Assembly: GCA_963764785.1 (NCBI GenBank)
Contig: CAVXTU010000001.1
Coordinates: forward strand, 1,045,754-1,109,753
Source of the DNA: an uncultured Chloroflexia bacterium
GTDB lineage: Bacteria > Chloroflexota > Limnocylindria > Limnocylindrales > CSP1-4
Reading direction: 5' to 3'
DNA: 64,000 bases
Position numbers and translations under genes: made by a program. Positions 28,798-38,155 of the stretch are shown piece by piece. The notes under the pieces were generated by a model, which saw nothing but the letters and a program-made list of their open reading frames with translations, was not told the origin of the DNA and made no database searches. Within the stretch, counting starts at the first letter, position 1. Every line of letters starts with the position of its first letter.

Positions 28798-29660
28798 GGG
28801 TGTTCGTGGAGTACCGGCGGGCTGCCGCGGCGGTTGAGGGAGATGCCTTCGGCGGAGAGCGCCTCATCAAGCCGCAGGCGAAGCTCGGTTGCGACACGCC
28901 AGCGCTCCGATGCGATGACCTTGCCCCGCATCACCGCGACATTGCCCCACTCGTCGGCCTCATCCACGAACTTGAGTGCCGGTGCCTCGGTGATCGCCGC
29001 GGCAAAGGCGGGGTCGCCGGCCAGGCTTTCGCCGACTCGCTGCATGACCTCCATGACGCTGCGCAGATCGCCCTCACGCACGCCTCGCACCCGTACCTCG
29101 GCCGCCGCGTAGATGCGAGTCCGATTGGCCACCAGGCGCAGCTCACCGTTGGAGATGGAGTACACCGTCCCGTCGGCGCCCCGGACCACCGTTCGGCGCA
29201 GGCCGACCTCCTCCACCGTGCCCTTCCAGGGCGGGCTCCCCAGCTCGATGTTGTCGCCCTTGAAGAACTGTGCCTCGACGATGATGAAGACACCCATGAG
29301 GTAATCCAAGACGATGGCTTGGCCCGCCAGTGCGATGGCCGCGAAGAAGAGGCCCACCGCCGTGAGGACACCCCACGTCCCCGTTACGCCGACCAGCAAG
29401 ACGACACCCAGCGCGATGATGGTGATGCGGATCAGGGTGGTGGCCAGCGACTCGATGGTGGAGGCGCGCTTGACCAGCTCGGCATCCTCCACGCCGCTGC
29501 CACTGACATCACCTTCGCTCGCGCGCAGGGTGCGGCGGACGAGCTTGGGGACGATGCGACCCGAGTAGGCGTAGAGCACGACAAGGAGCCCGCCAAGGAA
29601 CAGGATCAGCAGGATGTTCTGCGAGAACCACTGCTGCAGCTGGCTGGTGTCCACGTCCAT
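28788..29660 (-). CDS. Small-conductance mechanosensitive channel (MscS family)
   Basis: Three TMs; QFFKGDNI..GTVEEVGLRRT...DG....ISNG. Confidence 0.9.
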   Translation of the reverse strand: MDVDTSQLQQWFSQNILLILFLGGLLVVLYAYSGRIVPKLVRRTLRASEGDVSGSGVEDAELVKRASTIESLATTLIRITIIALGVVLLVGVTGTWGVLTAVGLFFAAIALAGQAIVLDYLMGVFIIVEAQFFKGDNIELGSPPWKGTVEEVGLRRTVVRGADGTVYSISNGELRLVANRTRIYAAAEVRVRGVREGDLRSVMEVMQRVGESLAGDPAFAAAITEAPALKFVDEADEWGNVAVMRGKVIASERWRVATELRLRLDEALSAEGISLNRRGSPPVLHEHPEA

Positions 29661-29717
29661 CCGCCTACCCTAGTCCGCGCTGGAAGGTCGTGTCCGGCAG
29701 GCCGGTGAGGCCGATCG

Positions 29718-30611
29718 CTATCGGTACGGTGGTGCCAGTCTCACCCCGGCCGCGGTGCAGTCCTCGGCCAACGAAGCCTGGGCCTCCATCGTTGGCTCCA
29801 CCTTGGTCGGGAAGCAGATGAGCCGGTCGAGTCCGATGTCCTGGTACTCGCCGATGAGATCGACCCGACCTGGGCCACCGTCAAGGACGTCCTCGTCACG
29901 CACATAGAGGGAGAAGCGGATCGACCCCGGGTCTCGTCCGGCAGCCTCGCAACGATTCCGGACATCAGCCATCCGCTCAGCCACTTCGGGGGGGCTGAGA
30001 TAGACGAAGTTGAGCTCATCGGCGAAGCGCACGGCAAGTCCCGCCGTGCGGACCTTGCCATTGCCGCCCACGATGATGGGGATGTGTTCCTGGATCCCGC
30101 GCGGCTCATTGATGGCATCGCGGACATGGACTCGTTCCCCTTCGAACGTCGCATGACCAGGGGCCAGCATCCGGGTGATGACCTCGAGGTGCTCCTCGAA
30201 CACGCTGATCCGCTCGCCGATCGGCGGGAAACCGTATCCGTAGGCGAGCCATTCATCCTTCTTCCAGCCCGCGCCGATGCCAAGCTCGAAGCGGCCGCCG
30301 CTGATGACGTCGATGGTGGACGCCAGCTTCGCGGTCAGTGCCGGGTTGCGGAAGGCGGTGCAGATGACCATGTGGCCGAGGCGTGCGTGCTTCGTGATCA
30401 CAGCCAGCGCGGACAGCACCGAGAACGATTCGAGCGTCATCTCGTCGGTAGGTTCAGGGACGGTGTGGAAGTGGTCGAACGCCCACAGCGACTCGAAACC
30501 CAGGTCCTCAGCCTGTCTGGCCAGTTCGACCGTGCGGGTCCACGCATCGGCTGCAGCCCAGCCGTCGTACTCACCCTTCCAGCCCTGCGGCGCCATCAGT
30601 CCGACCTTCAT
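29718..30611 (-). CDS. LLM-class F420-dependent oxidoreductase
   Basis: PQGW, GFESLWAFDHFH, RNPALTAK, ISGGRFELGIGAGW..EW.AYG. Confidence 0.9.
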   Translation of the reverse strand: MKVGLMAPQGWKGEYDGWAAADAWTRTVELARQAEDLGFESLWAFDHFHTVPEPTDEMTLESFSVLSALAVITKHARLGHMVICTAFRNPALTAKLASTIDVISGGRFELGIGAGWKKDEWLAYGYGFPPIGERISVFEEHLEVITRMLAPGHATFEGERVHVRDAINEPRGIQEHIPIIVGGNGKVRTAGLAVRFADELNFVYLSPPEVAERMADVRNRCEAAGRDPGSIRFSLYVRDEDVLDGGPGRVDLIGEYQDIGLDRLICFPTKVEPTMEAQASLAEDCTAAGVRLAPPYR

Positions 30612-30645
30612 CGTCCCTCCTTGTTCGTGTCCGGGCTCTCTCAGG

Positions 30646-32316
30646 TCATGAGGCGGGTTCGATCGCCTGGGCCTCGGGAGGCGCGTCGCCGGCCTCCGCC
30701 GTGGCGGGCTGCCAGTGCCGTAGCGGCAGATCCCTTAGGGCGACCGTGACCACCACCAACGCGACGATCGTGGCTCCGAGTCCGAACCAGAACGTGTCGG
30801 CGATGGCCGCAGAGAAGGCGGCGTACACGCCACTCACGATCTGGTCCACGAAACCCTGGAGTTGGGGCACCTGTGACAGTTGCTGGGCCAGCGTCGTATC
30901 GCCGACCTGGCCAAGGCTGCCGCTATCCCCAGCCAGGCTGGCGATCACGCCGATCTGCTCAGCCGGCACTCCGGCGGTAGCGAGTGACGGCTGCAGGCGA
31001 GAGGCGAACGAGTCTGCGAACAGCGTTCCCACGATGGCCAGACCCACTGATCCGCCGACCTGACGGAAGAATGTCAGGTTGCCGGTTGCCACGCCCAGTC
31101 GAGTGAACGGCACCGATGACTGGATGACGATGGTGAATACTGACAGGGTGGGTCCGATGCCGATGCCGGCCACGAACATCCACAGCCACAGGAACGGCAT
31201 CTCCGTTCCGGCGTTGAGGTTGGTGAACAGCAGGATGCCTACCGTCATCAGCCCGAGCGCGCCGGTCAGGATCCACTTGTACGTGCCGGTGCGGCTGACC
31301 AGGATGCCGGCACCGACGGAGCCTAGGATGACGCCAGCCATCAGCGGCAGGATCTGGAGGCCCGATTCGGTGGGGCTGACATTCTGGACGAATTGCAGCC
31401 AGCGCGGCAGGAAGATGATGGCGCCGAAGAAGCCGATGGCAGCCAGGAATGTGGCCAGGATCGACACTGAGTAGTTGCGGTTCCGGAAGAGATCGAGCGG
31501 GATGATCGGCTCTGCCGCACGCGATTCGATGAAGAGGAAGACCGGTGTCAGGACCGCGGCGATGAGCAGGAAGCCGCCGACCTCGAGGTCCGCCCAATCC
31601 CCGGTGGCCTTGTTGGTCAGGCCCAGCAGCAGGAAGAAGACACCGACCGCGAACACGACAGCTCCGGGCAGGTCGAGCTTGCGTGTGCGATCCCGATCTT
31701 TGATGGGTGGCAGGAGGCGATACACGATGAAGATCGACACCAGGCCCAGCGGGATGTTCACGTAGAAGATCCAGTGCCAGCTGATGTTGTCCGTGATCCA
31801 GCCACCGAGCAGTGGGCCAAGCACCGACGCCAGTCCGAAGACCGCGCCGAAGAGACCTTGATAGCGGCCTCGTTCACGGGGATCGAAGAGGTCACCGATG
31901 ATTGCCAGCGAGATGGGGAAGATGGCGCCGGCGCCGACACCCTGGATGCCGCGGAAGACGATCAGGCTCTCCATCGACCACGACAGGCCGCTGAGCGCCG
32001 AGCCGATGAGGAAGATGCTCACGCCGATCAGCAGCATCGGGCGCCGGCCGTAGATATCCGAGAGCTTGCCGTAGAAGACGCCGGTGATGGTGGCTGCCAG
32101 CAGGTAGCTGGTGATGGCCCAGGTGTAGAGCTCATTGGTGCCCTGGAGGTCACCGACGATGCGAGGCAGGGCCACCCCGACGATGGTCTGGTCAAGGGCG
32201 GACAGGAAGATGACCAGCAAGACGGCGCCGAGGATCTGCATCTTTCGGCGTTGCGGGAGTCCCAGCGCTGGGTCGAGCTCCTGGATGTCGGCCCTGGGTC
32301 GTGGATCAGTGGTCAT
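30646..32316 (-). CDS. DHA2 (14-TM) MFS drug efflux transporter
   Basis: LDQTIV..ALP, GKLSDIYGRR, WHWIFYVNIPLG, EPIIPLDLF. Confidence 0.95.
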   Translation of the reverse strand: MTTDPRPRADIQELDPALGLPQRRKMQILGAVLLVIFLSALDQTIVGVALPRIVGDLQGTNELYTWAITSYLLAATITGVFYGKLSDIYGRRPMLLIGVSIFLIGSALSGLSWSMESLIVFRGIQGVGAGAIFPISLAIIGDLFDPRERGRYQGLFGAVFGLASVLGPLLGGWITDNISWHWIFYVNIPLGLVSIFIVYRLLPPIKDRDRTRKLDLPGAVVFAVGVFFLLLGLTNKATGDWADLEVGGFLLIAAVLTPVFLFIESRAAEPIIPLDLFRNRNYSVSILATFLAAIGFFGAIIFLPRWLQFVQNVSPTESGLQILPLMAGVILGSVGAGILVSRTGTYKWILTGALGLMTVGILLFTNLNAGTEMPFLWLWMFVAGIGIGPTLSVFTIVIQSSVPFTRLGVATGNLTFFRQVGGSVGLAIVGTLFADSFASRLQPSLATAGVPAEQIGVIASLAGDSGSLGQVGDTTLAQQLSQVPQLQGFVDQIVSGVYAAFSAAIADTFWFGLGATIVALVVVTVALRDLPLRHWQPATAEAGDAPPEAQAIEPAS

Positions 32317-32320
32317 GGTC

Positions 32321-32860
32321 TCAGTGTTCGTCCTCGTCTCGCGATAGCGCGGTGGTTGCGTCGTGTTTCTCTGAGCGATGGCGGCGTTTGATCTTGTCGG
32401 CCTCGCGACCCATGAGCTGCATGGCCTGCAGGCAGACCTCCTGCTCCGACGGTCCCAGCGCTACCAGGATCTGCCGAAGTCCTTCCCGCCGAGCGGATTC
32501 CAGCTGTTCGACATAGGACTGGCCCTTGGCCGTGCTGTGCACGACCACGACCCGGCGGTCGTTGTCATCACGCTCTCGCTCCACGAGGCCGCCATCGACC
32601 ATTCGGTCGATGATGCCGGTCAGGTTCGGGAGCGCCACATCCGCCAGCGTCGCGAGCTGGCTCATGGTCTGTGGTCCGTTGACGTCGAGCAGGATGAGCA
32701 GATGCAGGTTCAGCTTGCTGACCGACCGGTCCTGCCACACCTTGGCGATGGCATGTCGCTGGGCCATGAAGAGGGGCTGGGCCGCATCGATGATCCGCTC
32801 GACGAGCTCGTCCGTCCCGACACGTTCAGGGGACGGGGAATTGGTTGGAGTCACCAACAT
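32321..32860 (-). CDS. MarR-family transcriptional regulator
   Basis: TMSQLA..LTGIIDRMVDGGLVERERDDNDRRVV..TAKG; lies upstream of the DHA2 pump. Confidence 0.9.
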   Translation of the reverse strand: MLVTPTNSPSPERVGTDELVERIIDAAQPLFMAQRHAIAKVWQDRSVSKLNLHLLILLDVNGPQTMSQLATLADVALPNLTGIIDRMVDGGLVERERDDNDRRVVVVHSTAKGQSYVEQLESARREGLRQILVALGPSEQEVCLQAMQLMGREADKIKRRHRSEKHDATTALSRDEDEH

Positions 32861-32861
32861 C

Positions 32862-32889
32862 ATTATGCATAGCACAACATATTCGTCAA
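32862..32889 (-). promoter_or_regulatory. Sigma-70-type promoter of marR-MFS with overlapping palindrome
   Basis: TTGACG-16 nt-CATAAT just upstream of the start; TATGCATA palindrome overlaps the -10; locally AT-rich. Confidence 0.55.
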
Positions 32890-32908
32890 CCGTGACGATG
32901 TCGCCAGA

Positions 32909-33571
32909 TCAACCTGCCGGCGACTCCAGTGCATCGACCGCTGATTCCCACTCGGGCGGCAACGATACGCCGGGACGCGACATGAGTCGCAGGAACAGGT
33001 CCGACGCGGTCCCATACACGCTGGCAACGGATTCGCCCTCACCGTAGCGCCAGCTCCGGTCAAGGTCGGTCGCCACCATCTCGATGCTCGGAACGTGGCC
33101 CAGCCGTGCGAGGTAGAAGTCGCTGAACTCATCAAGTCCATCGCTGGCCACGAGTGGAGGCAAGGCATCGGCTGTCTCCTGGGCACTCTGGGCATCCCAG
33201 CGATGGACGCCGGTCTCGATGACCATGCGTCGCTCCCAGAAGCGGAGGCGCTTGTCCTGGCCGAACGTCCATACCGAGGCGTCCGGATCGGCTTCGTCGA
33301 GTGCATCCAATAGCTGCGCCAGGGCGATCTCTGCCTGGCTGATCAGGTCTTCGCCGGGCGTCAGCTCGGGGAGCGCGATGCGCTCCTGCGGCAGTGTCCT
33401 GCAGATCTCTGTGGTCCGGGCGTGGATCCTGGCCACGTGACGAAGAAGGTCGGCCAGCGTCCACGTGGGGTACTGGGGCACGCGCTTGTCGGGAGCGGCG
33501 CGCGCAACTTCGATGATGCGCCGTCCGTCCGTCTCGATGATCTCGGGTCGCGTCGATTGGGTCATGGCCAT
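32909..33571 (-). CDS. Maleylpyruvate isomerase family mycothiol-dependent enzyme (MDMPI/DinB-like)
   Basis: VPQYPTWTLADLLRHV, FWERRMVIETGVHRWDA, DGLDE, GTASDLFL. Confidence 0.85.
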   Translation of the reverse strand: MAMTQSTRPEIIETDGRRIIEVARAAPDKRVPQYPTWTLADLLRHVARIHARTTEICRTLPQERIALPELTPGEDLISQAEIALAQLLDALDEADPDASVWTFGQDKRLRFWERRMVIETGVHRWDAQSAQETADALPPLVASDGLDEFSDFYLARLGHVPSIEMVATDLDRSWRYGEGESVASVYGTASDLFLRLMSRPGVSLPPEWESAVDALESPAG

Positions 33572-33781
33572 GGATCCCGAGTCTACGTCGCCGGCACCGT
33601 CGCAAGGGTTCTGCAAGGTCCTGCTCGGCGGCGACGGCGCGACTGCGATCGAGGGCTCGATAGGCTGAAAGCGTGCGTCAGTTCGATCGCGCCGCGTGGA
33701 GTGCCGAGCAGCCCGCTGTTCCGCAGCGAGGAGCCGCCGTGCCGCTCCACCCCGACCGGAGCCGTCACACAAGGAAAACGC

Positions 33782-34528
33782 ATGACCTCGCACGCCTCGA
33801 GAAGACTGGTCCACAGCGGACTGGCCGCAGCAACGCTGGCGCTGTTCGCCACACCGGCAAGCGCGGTGAACATCCCCGAAGGTGGCGCCGTGACGCCAGA
33901 CAGTGTCTTCGTCATCCATTTTCAGGTCCAGGAGGGTTGCGAGGGTGCACCCACGGACGGCCTGGAGGTGACCATCCCGGCTTCCGTGAGCAACCCGCAA
34001 CCTGAACAGGTGCCCGGTTGGGATGTCGAGGTCACCACGCAAGGGGCCGATGCCGCGGGTGCCCAGGCTGACGCGGAGGCCACGGCGGAGAGCGAAGACG
34101 GCAGCGCCGATGCAGGGTTGACGGTCGTCAGCTGGACCGGCGGTTCCGTGCAGGCTGGCGCCTTCCAGGAATTCGGATTGCGGGCACGATTCCCCGATGA
34201 CCCCGGTGCGACCATCGCCTTCGCGGTCCTGCAGCGTTGTGGACTGGTGGAGCGAGCGTTCACCGCAGGCGACGACCAGGACCCCGCTCCGACGGTCACG
34301 CTATCGGAGCGCTTTGGACCTCGCGACATCAACGCGCTGAGTGACTCGGTCACTCAGTTGCAGTCTGACATCGAGGAGCTTTCGGCCCAGATCGGCGGCG
34401 TGGATATGCCCAACCTGCGGTCGCGCGTCAAGGACAACGAAGATGCCGTAGATGACCTGGAACCCCGTCTGACCGAACTCCAGGAGCAGGTCCAGGCGCT
34501 GCAGGATCCTCAGCCATCGGAGTCGTGA
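33782..34528 (+). CDS. YcnI (DUF1775)-like exported protein with C-terminal coiled coil
   Basis: Signal peptide; EGCEGAPT..LEVTIP..P..VPGW, VSWTGG, FQEF, F..LQRC, PAP; AAGGA RBS. Confidence 0.8.
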   Translation: MTSHASRRLVHSGLAAATLALFATPASAVNIPEGGAVTPDSVFVIHFQVQEGCEGAPTDGLEVTIPASVSNPQPEQVPGWDVEVTTQGADAAGAQADAEATAESEDGSADAGLTVVSWTGGSVQAGAFQEFGLRARFPDDPGATIAFAVLQRCGLVERAFTAGDDQDPAPTVTLSERFGPRDINALSDSVTQLQSDIEELSAQIGGVDMPNLRSRVKDNEDAVDDLEPRLTELQEQVQALQDPQPSES

Positions 34529-34556
34529 ACCAGCCCGACCTCGAGCTTCGCCTTCG

Positions 34557-35018
34557 TCAATCTTCATCGTCGTCGGGGCTGTCGTGGGGCTCCCTGGCCC
34601 CGCCGACCACCTCCCCGAAGACACGCAGGATGGCCAGCATCACGATGGCTCCACCGATGGACAGGAAGTACAGCCCAAAGCCGAATCCCATCCCGATGGC
34701 CGCGGCGCCCCAGATCCCGGCCGCGGTGGTCAGGCCGACGACGTTGCCGCGGTAGTGAAGGATCGTGCCCGCTCCCAGGAAGCCGACACCGGTCACGACC
34801 TGCGCGGCGATGCGAGCTCCGGCATCGTTCTCACCGAAGGTCACGAGCCCGACCAGCGAGAAGAATGCCGATCCCATCGCCACGATGGAGTAGGTCCGTA
34901 GGCCGGCCGGCTTGTGACGCGCTTCGCGATCCAGCCCGATCAGGGCGCCGAAGGCCGCCGCCATCGCGATCCGCAGGATCGCCTCAGGTTCACCGACCAC
35001 CGTATCGGCCTGACCCAC
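34557..35018 (-). CDS. MgtC/SapB family membrane protein
   Basis: IGLDRE..KPAGLRT, RIAAQVVTGVGFLGAG, GLTTAAGIW. Confidence 0.92.
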   Translation of the reverse strand: MGQADTVVGEPEAILRIAMAAAFGALIGLDREARHKPAGLRTYSIVAMGSAFFSLVGLVTFGENDAGARIAAQVVTGVGFLGAGTILHYRGNVVGLTTAAGIWGAAAIGMGFGFGLYFLSIGGAIVMLAILRVFGEVVGGAREPHDSPDDDED

Positions 35019-35250
35019 GCGGTGGGCGCAGCTGTGTCAGCACCCTGGAGGCGGCCGCCGTGGCAGTGATCAAGGCCAGGCTGGTGGCTCGTCTCATGAC
35101 CTCTCCCAAGTGCTCCGCGATCACCGTCTTGACAGGTGGCAAGACTACGCCCGAACCCTGAGGACCGGGCCCCGACCGTGTCTGGTGGACTAGGCACATC
35201 GTCAGCGGGCGCCTAGGATTGACAGCCACCATGTGGAGAGACTTGGAGCC

Positions 35251-36720
35251 ATGGCATTGACACGTGGCGTTGCTGGCCGGCGCGACCTGATATCGGCGAG
35301 CCTCATGATCTTGACGCTGAGCTTGGCCGGCGCCGCGAACGCGGTCGCCCAGGACGCCACTGCTTCGCCGGTAGTCGACCCCGAGGTCGCAGGCGATGGA
35401 CCCGAAACAGAGATCGAGATCAAGGAATTCGCTTTTCCGGCTGACATCACGATCGAGGCCGGATCGAGCGTCCGTTGGCGGAACGACGATCCCGTCTCGC
35501 ACACGGTCACCGCCGCCGACGGGGGGTTCGACTCGGGTCGCATCGAGCCGGGCAGTACGTTCGACCAGGTCTTCGCCGAGCCAGGGGTCTTCGCGTACTC
35601 CTGCCAGTTCCATCCCGCCATGACCGGGACCATCACGGTAACCGCGAGTGATGCCGCTCCTTCCGAAGAGCCCGAGCCATCACCGGGGACTGAGCCGAGC
35701 CCTGTGTCGTCTGCAGCCGTGGCCGTCCTTCATCGGGCGCCAGTCTACGACACCGACCCGCTCGGCATCGGCGGCGTGGCCTTGACCCTCCTGGTGCCCG
35801 ATGGCTGGGATGTCGAAGGTGGACCTGTGTGGCGACACCAGTACTCCAATCTCGCCTCGTACGAAGGACGGATCACGAGCCCCGATGGATTTCAGGGCGT
35901 GGAGTTCTTCGCGCTCTATCCACAGATCTGGCAAGAGGGCGGCATCCCCTTCTTCGCGGTGGGAACGAACTACCTCGGCAACGAGGTCCGACCGCCGATC
36001 CGCGACGTTGGCACGTTCCTTGAGACACTCGTCCTGCCGACGTATCGGGGGGCCTTCAGCCCCGCCACCCTCGAGCGTGAGAGCCTCCCCGATGTTGCCG
36101 CAGCGTATGTCCGCGAGAGCCTTCCCGGCACCGAAGCCGTCGCCGAGCACGTGCTGACCGAGCACTTCGTGGACGGCGAGCGGATGCTCGAGGAGTTCAC
36201 CGTCGTGCTCACGTTCACGCCCAACCCGGGCCTTCCGGGCGCCGTCTCGTGGACACCGCAGCAGTTGTTCTCGATCCGCGCGCCGGCTGACCGATTCGTG
36301 GCCGCACGGCCGCTCCTTCAGGCCATCGCCACGTCCCCAGTGGTCGATCCGAACTGGTATGGGAGCTACCAGTACGTCCTGGGTCTCTCGATCCAGAATG
36401 GGCTCGAGGCCATCCATGCGGCTGGTGCAGCCTCTAGGATCGTGTCGCAAGCGAACGCTGAGATCGCCGACCTTATCGCGTCCGGCTACCAGGAGCGACA
36501 GGCGATCGACGATGACATCTTCCAGGCTGTGAGCCAGACGATCCGCGGCGTCGAGACCTACGCCGATCCCTGGGATGGCGGGAAACTCGAGCTGCCCAAC
36601 GGCTACGACTATGTCTACGGTTCGGCCGAGGGCAGCGTGATCCTCACGAACGAACCCGCTTTCGATCCGATCAAGACGTTCCCCGAGGAGACCTGGGAGT
36701 CGCTCACCATCGAGCGGTGA
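35251..36720 (+). CDS. Exported cupredoxin (plastocyanin/azurin) domain fused to an uncharacterised C-terminal domain
   Basis: GRRDLI Tat-like signal; WRNDDPVSHTVT and YSCQFHPAM type-1 Cu ligands; Pro/Ser/Glu linker; about 330-aa further domain. Confidence 0.82.
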   Translation: MALTRGVAGRRDLISASLMILTLSLAGAANAVAQDATASPVVDPEVAGDGPETEIEIKEFAFPADITIEAGSSVRWRNDDPVSHTVTAADGGFDSGRIEPGSTFDQVFAEPGVFAYSCQFHPAMTGTITVTASDAAPSEEPEPSPGTEPSPVSSAAVAVLHRAPVYDTDPLGIGGVALTLLVPDGWDVEGGPVWRHQYSNLASYEGRITSPDGFQGVEFFALYPQIWQEGGIPFFAVGTNYLGNEVRPPIRDVGTFLETLVLPTYRGAFSPATLERESLPDVAAAYVRESLPGTEAVAEHVLTEHFVDGERMLEEFTVVLTFTPNPGLPGAVSWTPQQLFSIRAPADRFVAARPLLQAIATSPVVDPNWYGSYQYVLGLSIQNGLEAIHAAGAASRIVSQANAEIADLIASGYQERQAIDDDIFQAVSQTIRGVETYADPWDGGKLELPNGYDYVYGSAEGSVILTNEPAFDPIKTFPEETWESLTIER

Positions 36721-36783
36721 TCGCCGGGCAGCCCGGAGCCCGCAGGCGGAGAACCGGCGCCGGGGTCGTGTACCGTCCCCGAC

Positions 36784-37950
36784 ATGAGTGAGGCCAGGCG
36801 CTGGGTCGTCCCGCTGCGAGGTCGGGATCCCGACGAGGTACATCGGGCGTCCACGCCGCTGGAGCTCTTCTTCGACCTCGTCATCGTGGTCGCGGTCGCC
36901 GCGGCCGCCTCTGCGCTGCACCACGGGATCGCAGACGATCACGTCCTCGACGCACTCATCGGCTATGTGCTCACGTTCTTCGCCATCTGGTGGGCCTGGA
37001 TGAGCTTCACCTGGTTCGCGGCCGGCTACGACACTGACGATGTCCCGTACCGCCTCGCGGTGTTCGTGCAGATGGCCGGGGCCATCATCATCGCCGCGGG
37101 TATCGGGCGAGCCTTCGTCGACGGCGATTGGTCGGTCGTGCTGCTGGGCTATGTGGTGATGCGGGTGCCCATCGTCTTCCAGTGGCTCCGTGCCGCTCGC
37201 GACGACCCGGCGCATCGCAACCAGAACATCCGCTGGGCCGGCGGGACTGCGGTCATGCAGGTGCTCTGGGTCATCGCCTACCTCGTCCTCCCGGCTGAGT
37301 CGTTTCTGGTGGCCTTCCTGGTGCTGGTCCTCGGCGAGCTGGCCGTGCCCATCGTGGCCGTCCGGGGCGGGCGTGCGATCTGGCACGACGAGCACATCGC
37401 CGAGCGCTATGGACTCCTCACCATCATCGTGCTGGGCGAATCCATCCTCGCGGGAGCCACGGCGTTTGGCTCCGTTGCCGACGACGCCTTTTCTGACCTG
37501 GAGCTGCTGCTGCTGGCCCTGGGCGCGTTACTCCTGGTGTTCGCGATGTGGTGGCTCTACTTCGAACGCAGCAGCGAAGACTTGCTGACCTCCCGCAGCC
37601 GGGCGTTCGAGTGGGGCTATGGCCACTACTTCATCTGGGCAGCGGCCGCGGCCGTTGGTGCCGGGATCGCAGTCGGTGTCGACGTGATGACCGCCCATGC
37701 GCACGTCGACATGACGATGGCCGGAGCTGCGGTAGCCATACCCGTTGCGATCTACCTGGGAGGGATCTGGGTGCTGCACGATGTCCCGCGCCCGATGTCT
37801 CGACTGCGCATGGCGCTGAGCCCCATCGCCATCGGTCTGATCCTGCTCACACCCTTTACCCCCCAGCCGATCTTCCTGGCGGGCGCGGTGGTGGTCGGCC
37901 TGCTTGCCGCAAGGATCGCCAGCACGCCACAGCTTCCCGACCTCACCTGA
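36784..37950 (+). CDS. Low temperature requirement protein A (LtrA) family
   Basis: STPLELFFDL, WWAW, HIAERYGLLTIIVLGES, WWLYF. Confidence 0.92.
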   Translation: MSEARRWVVPLRGRDPDEVHRASTPLELFFDLVIVVAVAAAASALHHGIADDHVLDALIGYVLTFFAIWWAWMSFTWFAAGYDTDDVPYRLAVFVQMAGAIIIAAGIGRAFVDGDWSVVLLGYVVMRVPIVFQWLRAARDDPAHRNQNIRWAGGTAVMQVLWVIAYLVLPAESFLVAFLVLVLGELAVPIVAVRGGRAIWHDEHIAERYGLLTIIVLGESILAGATAFGSVADDAFSDLELLLLALGALLLVFAMWWLYFERSSEDLLTSRSRAFEWGYGHYFIWAAAAAVGAGIAVGVDVMTAHAHVDMTMAGAAVAIPVAIYLGGIWVLHDVPRPMSRLRMALSPIAIGLILLTPFTPQPIFLAGAVVVGLLAARIASTPQLPDLT

Positions 37951-38155
37951 CTCGCCTGCGACGTACATCGCTTCTGGTCATCCACCAGGATGCGCACGTC
38001 GACTGCGTCGCTCGGCACGATCCCGGGCGCGCTCGGGCGCGTTGATGCCCACGCCGACGCGGCCACTCCCGACCGTGAAGCCGTTTGGTGCCGTGATGCT
38101 CCTCCTCGCCCTGCGCCTAGACTGACCTCGTCCGCCGCCAGCCAGGAGTCTTGCC

